Part shown: one piece after another, positions 18,181 to 27,774 of the stretch
How the letters are laid out: every line of letters begins with the position of its first letter
Position numbering within the stretch: the stretch's first letter is position 1
From: Gammaproteobacteria bacterium
GTDB lineage: Bacteria > Pseudomonadota > Gammaproteobacteria > Natronospirales > JAJUFS01
NCBI GenBank assembly: GCA_033720895.1
Contig: JAWWBS010000002.1
Coordinates: forward strand, 10,591-74,590
Length of the DNA: 64,000 nt
Reading direction: 5' to 3'
Notes under the pieces: model-generated
Seen by the model: the letters and a program-made list of their open reading frames with translations, nothing else
What the model was told of the DNA's origin: nothing
The model's database searches: none
Translations under genes and position numbers: made by a program

Positions 18181-18260
18181 TACCGGATATGGGGTATCAA
18201 CCACATTTTCAGGAAAAGAATAAACCTCAGTAAAATCAATACCTTGAGAAGCAGCCAGGC

Positions 18261-18290
18261 AAAAAGAAACCGGCCAGCGGCCGGTTTCTT
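18261..18290 (-). terminator. Rho-independent terminator after the IalB-family gene
   Basis: On the minus strand, AAGAAACCGGCC-gctg-GGCCGGTTTCTT is followed by TTTTG. Confidence 0.8.
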
Positions 18291-18311
18291 CAAGGGCGTT
18301 GGTACTGCGCC

Positions 18312-18854
18312 TTACTGGCGAGACTTGTCCAATTCGTTCATGCCCTTGCTGACACCCTTGAGCGAGACCGGCAGCGCAATCGGGCGACGCTGCGGATCCA
18401 TGAACGTCACCTTGGCCTCGGCGCCCTTCATCAAGGCGTCAACGAATTCCGGCTCCATGGCGACCGATGCGACACAACCGCCCGAATCGCAGCGATCGTA
18501 AGGAATGCGCACATTCGGGTGGCCCTCCACCTCGATCAACAAACCGGGCTTCAGCAGCACACCGATGGGCGTGGTCAGGACCATCAACGGCAGCTCGTTC
18601 TCGGGCACGTAACCAATGCGGGTCATCAGCAACTGCTGAGGCTTGGCATCCTCCGCTGCATTCTCGCCACCCGGGATGACCGAAGCCACCTGGTAAAGCG
18701 TACAGGATTCCATCGTTTCGCCCTCGGCGACTTCCGCCTTGTTGCAGACAAACGACCAGTCACCATAGTTGTCACGACGGGTTTCGGCCGCAAATGCCGA
18801 ACCTACTACCGCTACCGACAGCGAGGCCGCCGCCAACCACTTTGCATACCGCAT
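18312..18854 (-). CDS. Invasion-associated locus B (IalB) family periplasmic protein
   Basis: It has a signal peptide (MRYAKWLAAASLSVAVVGSAFA) and IalB-type motifs (YGDWSFVCNK...ESCTLYQ; two-domain repeat with C..GGC). Confidence 0.75.
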   Translation of the reverse strand: MRYAKWLAAASLSVAVVGSAFAAETRRDNYGDWSFVCNKAEVAEGETMESCTLYQVASVIPGGENAAEDAKPQQLLMTRIGYVPENELPLMVLTTPIGVLLKPGLLIEVEGHPNVRIPYDRCDSGGCVASVAMEPEFVDALMKGAEAKVTFMDPQRRPIALPVSLKGVSKGMNELDKSRQ

Positions 18855-19017
18855 GTGAATCTCCTTTTTGACCAGTCCCCTGCGGGACTGCTTGTCACTG
18901 TATGCCCGCGAGCACGGGCAAGTTGCATCTCATTTTGCTGGCAGGCCGCGTCAAGTCAACGCCGCTGCACAATCTCCACGGCTTCTCGACAATCGCCCAT
19001 GGAGCCAGCCAGGTGGC

Positions 19018-20385
19018 TCAACACTCCGGCACGTTCACCGCCAGGCCACCCAGCGAGGTTTCCTTGTAGATGGACTGCATGTCGCGCCCGGTCTGGCGCA
19101 TGGTCGAAATGACCTGGTCCAGCGATACCTTGTGCTGGCCGTCACCGCGCCGCGCCATGCGGGCGGCATTGATCGCTTTCAGGGCACCCATGGCATTGCG
19201 CTCGATACAGGGAATCTGCACCAGCCCGGCCACCGGGTCGCAGGTCAGGCCCAGGTTGTGCTCCATGCCGATTTCGGCCGCGTTCTCGATCTGCTCGTTG
19301 CTGCCCTTGAGGGCCGCCATCAAACCACCCGCCGCCATGGAACAGGCCACGCCGACCTCGCCCTGGCAGCCCATCTCGGCACCCGAGATGCCGGCATTCT
19401 TCTTGTACAACGTGCCGATTGCACCGGCCGTCAGCAGGAACCGCAGGATGCCCTCGTCATCCGCACCATCGATGAACTGCACGTAATAGCGCAGCACGGC
19501 GGGGATGATACCGGCCGCACCGTTGGTCGGCGCGGTCACGATGCGACCACCGGCCGCGTTCTCTTCATTCACCGCCAGCGCAAACAGGTTTACCCAGTCC
19601 AGGATGTCCATGTTGTCCTTGCCGGCATCGGCCTGCAGGTCGCGGTAAAGCTTCGGCGCGCGGCGTTGCACCTCCAGGCCGCCCGGCAGGACGCCTTCTT
19701 CGCGCATGCCGCGCTCGATGCAGGCATCCATCACCTTCCAGATATGCAACAGCTCGCTGCGGACCTGGTCTTCATCGCGCCAGGCCAGCTCGTTCTTCAG
19801 CACCAGCTCGTGAATCGCCAGGTCTTCCCGGCGACAGGCGGCCAGCAAACCTTCCGCGGTACTGAAATCATGCGGCACCGGCCGGGAGGCCTTGGTCGAG
19901 CCGTCACCCTCGTCGTCCGCACGCACGATGAAGCCACCACCGATGGAAAAGTACTCCATCGAGTAGAGCTCCGTGTCGTTGCCATCAAATGCAGTAAGAC
20001 GCATCCCGTTGGAATGGCGATCGAGGAATTCATGCTTGATGAACAGCAGTTGCATGTCGCGATCGAAATCGATCTTGTGCTTGCCCAGCAGCTCGATTGC
20101 TTCTGACTCGGCGATATCCTGCAGGGTCGGCTCGATGGTGTCGGGATCGATGGTGTCCGGCGCCGCGCCTGTCAGGCCGAGCAGTACGGCCTTGTCGGTG
20201 CCATGGCCGACGCCAGTCAGTGCCAGCGAACCATACAGCTGGGTGACGACAGCGGTCGCTTTCTCCAGCAGGCCCTGCTTTTCGAGTTCCAGCACGAAAT
20301 CACGCGCGGCCCGCATCGGACCGACGGTGTGCGAGCTGGACGGGCCGACGCCTACCTTGAACATTTCGAACACGCTGATCGACAT
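19018..20385 (-). CDS. sdaA: L-serine ammonia-lyase (iron-sulfur dependent, single-chain form)
   Basis: [27 protein letters not shown] is the hallmark SdaA N-terminus. The ORF carries the full 455-aa alpha+beta domain organisation. Confidence 0.95.
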   Translation of the reverse strand: MSISVFEMFKVGVGPSSSHTVGPMRAARDFVLELEKQGLLEKATAVVTQLYGSLALTGVGHGTDKAVLLGLTGAAPDTIDPDTIEPTLQDIAESEAIELLGKHKIDFDRDMQLLFIKHEFLDRHSNGMRLTAFDGNDTELYSMEYFSIGGGFIVRADDEGDGSTKASRPVPHDFSTAEGLLAACRREDLAIHELVLKNELAWRDEDQVRSELLHIWKVMDACIERGMREEGVLPGGLEVQRRAPKLYRDLQADAGKDNMDILDWVNLFALAVNEENAAGGRIVTAPTNGAAGIIPAVLRYYVQFIDGADDEGILRFLLTAGAIGTLYKKNAGISGAEMGCQGEVGVACSMAAGGLMAALKGSNEQIENAAEIGMEHNLGLTCDPVAGLVQIPCIERNAMGALKAINAARMARRGDGQHKVSLDQVISTMRQTGRDMQSIYKETSLGGLAVNVPEC

Positions 20386-20491
20386 GCGCTCTCCAATCTC
20401 CGAATGAATACAGGCCGGGTCGAAACCCGGCCTGCTTATCCTAGCTTACTTCTTCCAGCCTGCTTCCGGTCGCGGTGACCGGCAGCCAGCC

Positions 20492-23400
20492 CTAACCTTC
20501 TTCACCCAGCGACAGCAGGCTCGCATTGCCGCCCACGGCTGCGGTGTTGATGGTCAGCGTCCGCTCGTTGGCGAAGCGCAGCATGTAGTGCGGACCGCCC
20601 GCCTTCGGACCGGTACCGGAAAGACCCATGCCACCGAAAGGCTGCACGCCGACCACCGCACCCACCTGGTTGCGATTGATGTAGGCATTGCCGACCTGCA
20701 CCTTGCGCTGGATGTAATCTGCTTCGGAGTCGATGCGCGAATGCACGCCCAGCGTCAGGCCGAAACCGGTGCGGTTCACTTCGTCGATGACCTTGTCCAG
20801 GTCCTTCGCCTTGTACCGAATGACATGCAGGATCGGGCCGAAGTTTTCTTCTGCCACCTCGTCCAGGCTCGGGATCTCGATGGCAATCGGTGCAACGTAT
20901 GTGCCGTGCTTCGCAAATTCGGGCAGTTCGCACTTGCCGATGATCTTGAACTTCGAGGCCATGTCGTCTGCGTGCTTCTGCAGCGATTCCTGCGCCGCCT
21001 TGTCGATCACTGGGCCGACATCGGTCGTCAGCAGGCCGGGATCACCCACGGTCATGGTCTTCATGTACCCGGCAAGTACGTCGATGACGCGATCGGCAAT
21101 TTCTTCCTGGACGTACAGCGCGCGCAGTGCGGAACAACGCTGGCCCGCCGACAGGAAAGCCGACTGCACGACATCCGGCACCACCTGCTCCGGCAGCGCG
21201 GAAGAATCCACGATCATGGCGTTCTGGCCGCCGGTCTCGGCGATCAGCGTCGGGATCAGGCCGTCACGCGCAGCCAGCGTCTGGTTGATGACCTTGCCGG
21301 TGCCGGTGGAACCGGTGAACGCAACGCCCGCAACACGCTCGTCGGCCACACCGTGCTTGCCCAGCACAGAACCACGGCATGGCAGGAAGTGCAGCACGTC
21401 ACCGGGCACACCGGCTTCATGCAGCAATTCGACAGCCAGCGAGCCGATCAGGCAGACCTGGTCGGCCGGCTTGGAAATGACGGCGTTGCCGGCAGCCAGT
21501 GCGGCCGTGATCTGGCCGGTGAAGATGGCCAGCGGGAAATTCCAGGGAGAAATGGCAATGAATACGCCCTTGCCCTGCAGGCGCAAGGTATTCGATTCGC
21601 CCGTCGGGCCCGGCAGCTGCATCGGCTCGCCGAAATCCTTTTCGCAACGCATGGCATAAAAACGCAGGAAGTCGACTGCTTCGCGAACCTCGGCAATGCC
21701 ATCTGCAATCGACTTGCCGGCCTCGCGGGTACACAGCGCCATGAACTCGGCAGTGTGCTCTTCGTACAGATCCGCCGCCTTGCGCAGGATGGCAGCCCGC
21801 TCGGCAGCCGGCGTCCGATCCCACTTCGGCTGCGCCTTGTGCGCAATGCCGATCGCTTCCTTGATTTCCTTTTCACCCGCATGGATCACATCGCCGACAT
21901 GGCGACGGTTGTCCATCGGGTCCAGCGAGGGCTGGCTGTCGCCATTGATCTTCTTGCCACCGATGACCGGCTGCGCAACGCGCGGCTTGGCCAGAGCGTC
22001 TTCCATGTCGGCCTTGAGCTGTTTCATCTCGGAAATGTCGGCCATGTTGATGCCGCGCGAATTGACACGATCATGGCCGGCAAACGTGTAGATGTCGCGC
22101 GGCAGCGGGATACGGGTATGCGGGATGTGTTCCAGCTTGTCGACCTCGGCCACCGGGTCGGACGCGATGTCCTCGACTGCAATCTTCTCGTCGACAATGC
22201 GGTTCACGAAAGAGGTGTTGGCACCGTTCTCAAGCAGGCGGCGCACCAGGTACGGCAACAGTTCCTTGTGCGCACCGACCGGGGCATAGACCCGGCAGGC
22301 AATACCCAGCTTCTCGGCTGGCACGATTTCGCCATACAGCTCTTCGCCCATGCCGTGCAGGCGCTGGAACTCGAAGTCGCGACGATCGCCGATCATTTCC
22401 AGGATCGAGGCAACAGTATGCGCATTGTGCGTCGCGAACTGCGGATACAGCGCATCGCCTGCTTCGATCATCTTGCGTGCGCAGGCCAGGTAGGAAACAT
22501 CCGTATTGCACTTGCGGGTAAACACCGGGTAGCCGTGCTCGCCATTGACCTGGTAGTTCTTGATTTCGGTGTCCCAGTAAGCACCCTTGACCAGGCGCAC
22601 CGGAATGCGACGACCGACATCCTTGCTCAGGTGGATCAGCCATTCGACGAGGCGCAGGCAGCGCTTCTGGTAGGCCTGGATGGCCAGGCCGAACCCTTCC
22701 CAGCCTTCCAGCGATGACGAACGGTAGACGGCTTCGATGATGTCGAGCGAAATGTCCAGGCGCTCGGCCTCCTCGGCGTCGACTGTCAGTGCGATGTCAT
22801 GCTTTTTCGCACGCTCGGCCAGCGACAGCAGCTTGGGCACCATTTCATCCAGTACCTGCTCGCGGCGTGCAAGCTCGTAACGCGGATGCAGTGCGGAAAG
22901 CTTGACGGAGATCGACGGTGCGGAGAACACATCGAAGCCTTCGCCCTTGTTTTTGCCGATGGAATCGATGGCATCGGAATAGGCCTGGAAATACTTCTCG
23001 GCGTCGGCATAGGTCAGTGCTGCTTCGCCCAGCATGTCGAAGGAATGGCGGTAATCGCGATGCTCCTTCGAGGTCGAGCGCTTCATGGCTTCCTTGATGG
23101 TGCGTCCCATCACGAACTGGAAACCCATGATGCGCATGGCCTGGCGCATGGCAGTGCGAACCATCGGCTCGCCCAGGCGCTGGATGGCCTTGTCCATGAT
23201 GCTGCCAGCACTGTCTTCGTCGCGCTCGTTCAGCTTGAGCATCTTGCCGGTCAGCATCAGGCCCCAGGTCGAGGCATTCACGAACAGCGAGCTGGACTTG
23301 CCAAGATGTTCCTTCCACTTGCCGTCGCGCATCTTGTCCTGGATAAGCTTGTCGGCCGTGTCTGCATCCGGCACGCGAATCAGCGCTTCGGCCAGGCACA

Positions 23401-23695
23401 TCAGCACCATGCCTTCCTTCGAGGACAGGTCGTACTGCTGCAGGAACGCTTCGATGCCACCCTTGCCGGAGGAATTCTTTCGCACTGCCCGTACCAGGTC
23501 CTCGGCACGCATCTTGATGCTGCGGCGACGATCATCGGACAGCCGGGCAATTTCCATCAGCTCGCCGACAACAGCGGTCTCGTCGGCCAGGAAATAGTCG
23601 TTCATTCGAGCGCGGAGCTCGGAAAGTCCGGGGCCCTGGTCGGCATAAATAACGGGGGTCACTTCGCGGGTCATCGTGTCGCGCGCGGTAGCCAT
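20492..23695 (-). CDS. putA: Bifunctional proline dehydrogenase / L-glutamate-gamma-semialdehyde dehydrogenase PutA (form without the N-terminal DNA-binding domain)
   Basis: It has a PRODH barrel region (LLQQYDLSSKEGMVLMCLAEALIRVPD...) followed by an aldehyde dehydrogenase domain (FTGSTGTGKVINQ..., ETGGQNAMIVDSSA, EEIFGPIL-like ENFGPILHV). I place the start at the internal ATG 23695 (MATARD). Confidence 0.93.
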   Translation of the reverse strand: MATARDTMTREVTPVIYADQGPGLSELRARMNDYFLADETAVVGELMEIARLSDDRRRSIKMRAEDLVRAVRKNSSGKGGIEAFLQQYDLSSKEGMVLMCLAEALIRVPDADTADKLIQDKMRDGKWKEHLGKSSSLFVNASTWGLMLTGKMLKLNERDEDSAGSIMDKAIQRLGEPMVRTAMRQAMRIMGFQFVMGRTIKEAMKRSTSKEHRDYRHSFDMLGEAALTYADAEKYFQAYSDAIDSIGKNKGEGFDVFSAPSISVKLSALHPRYELARREQVLDEMVPKLLSLAERAKKHDIALTVDAEEAERLDISLDIIEAVYRSSSLEGWEGFGLAIQAYQKRCLRLVEWLIHLSKDVGRRIPVRLVKGAYWDTEIKNYQVNGEHGYPVFTRKCNTDVSYLACARKMIEAGDALYPQFATHNAHTVASILEMIGDRRDFEFQRLHGMGEELYGEIVPAEKLGIACRVYAPVGAHKELLPYLVRRLLENGANTSFVNRIVDEKIAVEDIASDPVAEVDKLEHIPHTRIPLPRDIYTFAGHDRVNSRGINMADISEMKQLKADMEDALAKPRVAQPVIGGKKINGDSQPSLDPMDNRRHVGDVIHAGEKEIKEAIGIAHKAQPKWDRTPAAERAAILRKAADLYEEHTAEFMALCTREAGKSIADGIAEVREAVDFLRFYAMRCEKDFGEPMQLPGPTGESNTLRLQGKGVFIAISPWNFPLAIFTGQITAALAAGNAVISKPADQVCLIGSLAVELLHEAGVPGDVLHFLPCRGSVLGKHGVADERVAGVAFTGSTGTGKVINQTLAARDGLIPTLIAETGGQNAMIVDSSALPEQVVPDVVQSAFLSAGQRCSALRALYVQEEIADRVIDVLAGYMKTMTVGDPGLLTTDVGPVIDKAAQESLQKHADDMASKFKIIGKCELPEFAKHGTYVAPIAIEIPSLDEVAEENFGPILHVIRYKAKDLDKVIDEVNRTGFGLTLGVHSRIDSEADYIQRKVQVGNAYINRNQVGAVVGVQPFGGMGLSGTGPKAGGPHYMLRFANERTLTINTAAVGGNASLLSLGEEG

Positions 23696-23832
23696 GTTTA
23701 CTCCCGAATCTGCACTCACGTGCATGGTGCTGTGTGGAGCCCGGGCCTCGGTCCGAGGTGGGCAGTAAAGTCGGACATTTTACCGTATTGGTGGCGGCAA
23801 ATCATCGTTTCACGGGCTTGAAAAGAGCAACA

Positions 23833-23865
23833 AAAAGGCGGTGCCGAAAACCGGCAACCGCCTTT
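23833..23865 (-). terminator. Rho-independent terminator after icd
   Basis: On the minus strand, AAAGGCGGTTGCCGG-tttt-CGGCACCGCCTTT (one bulge) is followed by TTTG, 22 nt after the icd stop. Confidence 0.75.
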
Positions 23866-23886
23866 CAATACAGCAAGTTACGCGTC

Positions 23887-25128
<1,242 letters not shown>

Positions 25129-25275
25129 TGAATCTTCTCCAGTTCTACTGAAATGAATTCGGGTCTCGCCGAAGCTCGGCCACACCGGCCGGGGCGAGAA
25201 AGCGCCGCATTATAACGGATTGGGGAGGCTGGCGCCTGCTGCGCAGCCGAAAGCGATCAGGACAGCGTTCGCCTG

Positions 25276-25743
25276 TCAGGCACCCTGGCTGCCGGGCAGC
25301 GCGGTACTGGCGAGTGGCGGCCGTTCCCCGTGGTCCCGGAACCGGAGGAAGTCTTCGATAATGCGCTGGTGATCGAAAGCCAGCGGTGGTGGCTCGGCCG
25401 GGTCGAAAATCCCGGCATTCGCCGCATCATCACCGGCAGAGGCCTGCCCCCAGGCTTCGCCGAGAAAAACCACGGAACAGGTATGGCCTCGCGGATCCCG
25501 CGCTGGATCCGAATAGACCCCCAGCAAGGCCGTCAACGTCACCGCCAGGCCGGTTTCTTCGAAGGCCTCGCGCACGGCCGCCTGCTCGATCGTTTCGCCC
25601 ACGTCGACAAAGCCACCGGGCAAGGCCCAGCCCAGCGGTTCGTGGCGACGTTCGATCAACACGATACGGCCAGGGTGATCATTCATCTGGATGATCACAT
25701 CGACGGTCAACAAGGGCGTTTCGGGTCTGAGCATGCCAGTCAC
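25276..25743 (-). CDS. NUDIX hydrolase (ADP-ribose pyrophosphatase-like)
   Basis: The Nudix box GGFVDVGETIEQAAVREAFEETGL fits GX5EX7REUXEEXGU. It lies 43 nt downstream of, and co-directional with, the PLP decarboxylase gene. Confidence 0.85.
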   Translation of the reverse strand: MTGMLRPETPLLTVDVIIQMNDHPGRIVLIERRHEPLGWALPGGFVDVGETIEQAAVREAFEETGLAVTLTALLGVYSDPARDPRGHTCSVVFLGEAWGQASAGDDAANAGIFDPAEPPPLAFDHQRIIEDFLRFRDHGERPPLASTALPGSQGA

Positions 25744-25786
25744 GTGCGCGGATTCCGTTCCACCATCACATCGTCATTCGCACCAG

Positions 25787-27157
25787 TCAACCAGCGCGCT
25801 CGGCAGCACAGCGCAGCATGGCGGCAAGCGACTGTTCGACGTCCTCATCGGTTGTCGCCCAGGAGCAGACACTGATACGCATCGCGACCCTTTCCTTCCA
25901 GACGGTGCCCGCGCACCAGCAGGTACCATCGACCTGGATGGCCTCGATCACCGCGCGCGTACTGGCATCATCGCCGAAAGACACCAGCACCTGGTTGAGC
26001 ACGACATCGGCGAGGATTTCGTAACCTGCATCGGCAAGGCCCTGGGCAAAACGCCTGGCCTGGCGGCAATTGCGGGAAAACAGCTCGGCAAGCCCCTCCC
26101 GACCAAGGTGACGCATTGCCGCCCAGACTTCGACACCACGTGCCCGACGGGACAGCTCCGGCGCGTAGTGCCAGGGCTCGCGGCCCTCGGCCTGCACCAG
26201 GTATGCCGCCTCGCCTGCCAGTGCCGCACGCAGTTGCTGCGCATCACGCACGAACACCAGGCCACTGTCATAAGGCACGTTCAACCACTTGTGCGCGTCG
26301 GTCGCCCAGGAATCCGCCTTCTCCATACCCTCGGCCAGGGGCATCAGCTCCGGGCAGGCACGAGCCCAAAGGCCGAATGCCGCATCGACATGCACCCATG
26401 CACCGCTCCCGGCCAGGCGGTCGCAAACCTCGCCCACGGGATCAAAGGAACCGGTATTGACGTTGCCGGCCTGCAGGCAGACCAGTGTCGGGCCCTCGAC
26501 GTCCGGCAAGCCATCGACCCGGAAACGTCCCTGATCGTCGGTTGGCACGCGCTGCACGCGTTGGCTGCCGAGGCCAAGAATGCTCAAGGCCTTCTGGATA
26601 CTGGCGTGGTATTCGTCGCCGACAATGACGGTAATCGGTGGCGCCCCGTAAAGGCCCTGCTTCTCGACATTCCACCCTTCCCGCTCCAGCAAGGCATGAC
26701 GAGCGGCAGCCAGGGCGCACATGTTGGCAACCGTTGCACCACTGACAAAGCCGACACCCGTCCCCGCCGGCAGTCCGAGCACATCGACCAGCCAGCCTTC
26801 CGCAACATCCTCGAGGGCTGCCGCCACCGGCGAAGTGATGTTCAAGCCGGCATTCTGGTCCCAGCCGGCGGCCAGCATGTTGGCCGCCGTGGCGACTGGC
26901 AGGCTGCCGCCAATCACGAAACCGTAGTAGCGACCACCGGCATTGGCCATGGTCGCCGGGCTGCCATGTCGATCCAGCTCGGCCAGCACTTCTCCAGCGG
27001 GCACGCCGGTTGATGCCAATGGGGCATGGAAATTCGCCAGGCCTTGCAGCCCCGCAGCATCAGGAGATGCCCGCCGGGTTTCAAGCCCATCCAGGTAAGC
27101 TGCTACTCGGGCGCTGGCATCCTGCAACAGCTTTTGACGTGCGGCTCGATCAGTCAT
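25787..27157 (-). CDS. Pyridoxal-phosphate-dependent (group II-like) decarboxylase family protein
   Basis: It has fold-type I PLP enzyme features: FVSGATVANMCALAAAR, HVDAAFG, and the PLP-lysine context SWATDAHKWLNVPYDSG. Confidence 0.75.
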   Translation of the reverse strand: MTDRAARQKLLQDASARVAAYLDGLETRRASPDAAGLQGLANFHAPLASTGVPAGEVLAELDRHGSPATMANAGGRYYGFVIGGSLPVATAANMLAAGWDQNAGLNITSPVAAALEDVAEGWLVDVLGLPAGTGVGFVSGATVANMCALAAARHALLEREGWNVEKQGLYGAPPITVIVGDEYHASIQKALSILGLGSQRVQRVPTDDQGRFRVDGLPDVEGPTLVCLQAGNVNTGSFDPVGEVCDRLAGSGAWVHVDAAFGLWARACPELMPLAEGMEKADSWATDAHKWLNVPYDSGLVFVRDAQQLRAALAGEAAYLVQAEGREPWHYAPELSRRARGVEVWAAMRHLGREGLAELFSRNCRQARRFAQGLADAGYEILADVVLNQVLVSFGDDASTRAVIEAIQVDGTCWCAGTVWKERVAMRISVCSWATTDEDVEQSLAAMLRCAAERAG

Positions 27158-27302
27158 GAATCATGCCTCTTCCCTTGACCAGGCTGCCGGAACGGCAGCA
27201 GGAACATCATATCGGACATGCGCCGATCGTCATCGGTTCAGCTCGATGGCGATGCAGCATGGATCGCATTATCCTCCCATTCGTATCCGATACGGGAGAA
27301 GG

Positions 27303-27764
27303 ATGATGAATTCCCTGACATTCAGGCACGCGCGCCAGGAGGACCTGGCGACCCTGGTTGCGATGCTGGCGGATGACGAGCTCGGCGCACAGCGGGAGGA
27401 TTTCCGCTTGCCGCTGCCTGAGAGCTACCTGGAAAGTTTCTCGGCGATTGATCGCGATGCCAACAACGAACTGCTTGTGGCACTGCATGGCGATGACATC
27501 ATCGGCATGCTGCAGCTGACTTTCATCCCCTACCTGACCTACCAGGGTGGCTGGCGCTGCCTGGTCGAAGGCGTGCGCATCAGCAAGGAACACCGCGGCA
27601 AGGGCTTCGGTCGACAGCTTTTCCTGTGGGCCATTGACCGCGCCCGGGAGCGGCACTGTCACCTGGTACAACTGACCACGGACAAGCAGCGCCCGGACGC
27701 GCTGGGCTTTTACCAGGACCTGGGTTTCAAGGCTTCGCACGAAGGCATGAAGCTTCATCTGTGA
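27303..27764 (+). CDS. GNAT family N-acetyltransferase
   Basis: MMNSLTFRHARQEDLATLVAMLADD... with a CoA-binding core (VEGVRISKEHRGKGFGRQLFLWAIDRA) and FYQDLGF. GGGAGAAGG SD lies upstream of ATG 27303. It is divergent from the decarboxylase gene. Confidence 0.8.
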   Translation: MMNSLTFRHARQEDLATLVAMLADDELGAQREDFRLPLPESYLESFSAIDRDANNELLVALHGDDIIGMLQLTFIPYLTYQGGWRCLVEGVRISKEHRGKGFGRQLFLWAIDRARERHCHLVQLTTDKQRPDALGFYQDLGFKASHEGMKLHL

Positions 27765-27774
27765 AGAGTGCTTT

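Noticed and set aside
20588-22717. 709-aa plus-strand ORF (and 22799..23821) antisense to putA
   Set aside because: It is a shadow ORF. putA on the minus strand has clear PRODH and aldehyde dehydrogenase motifs along its whole length.
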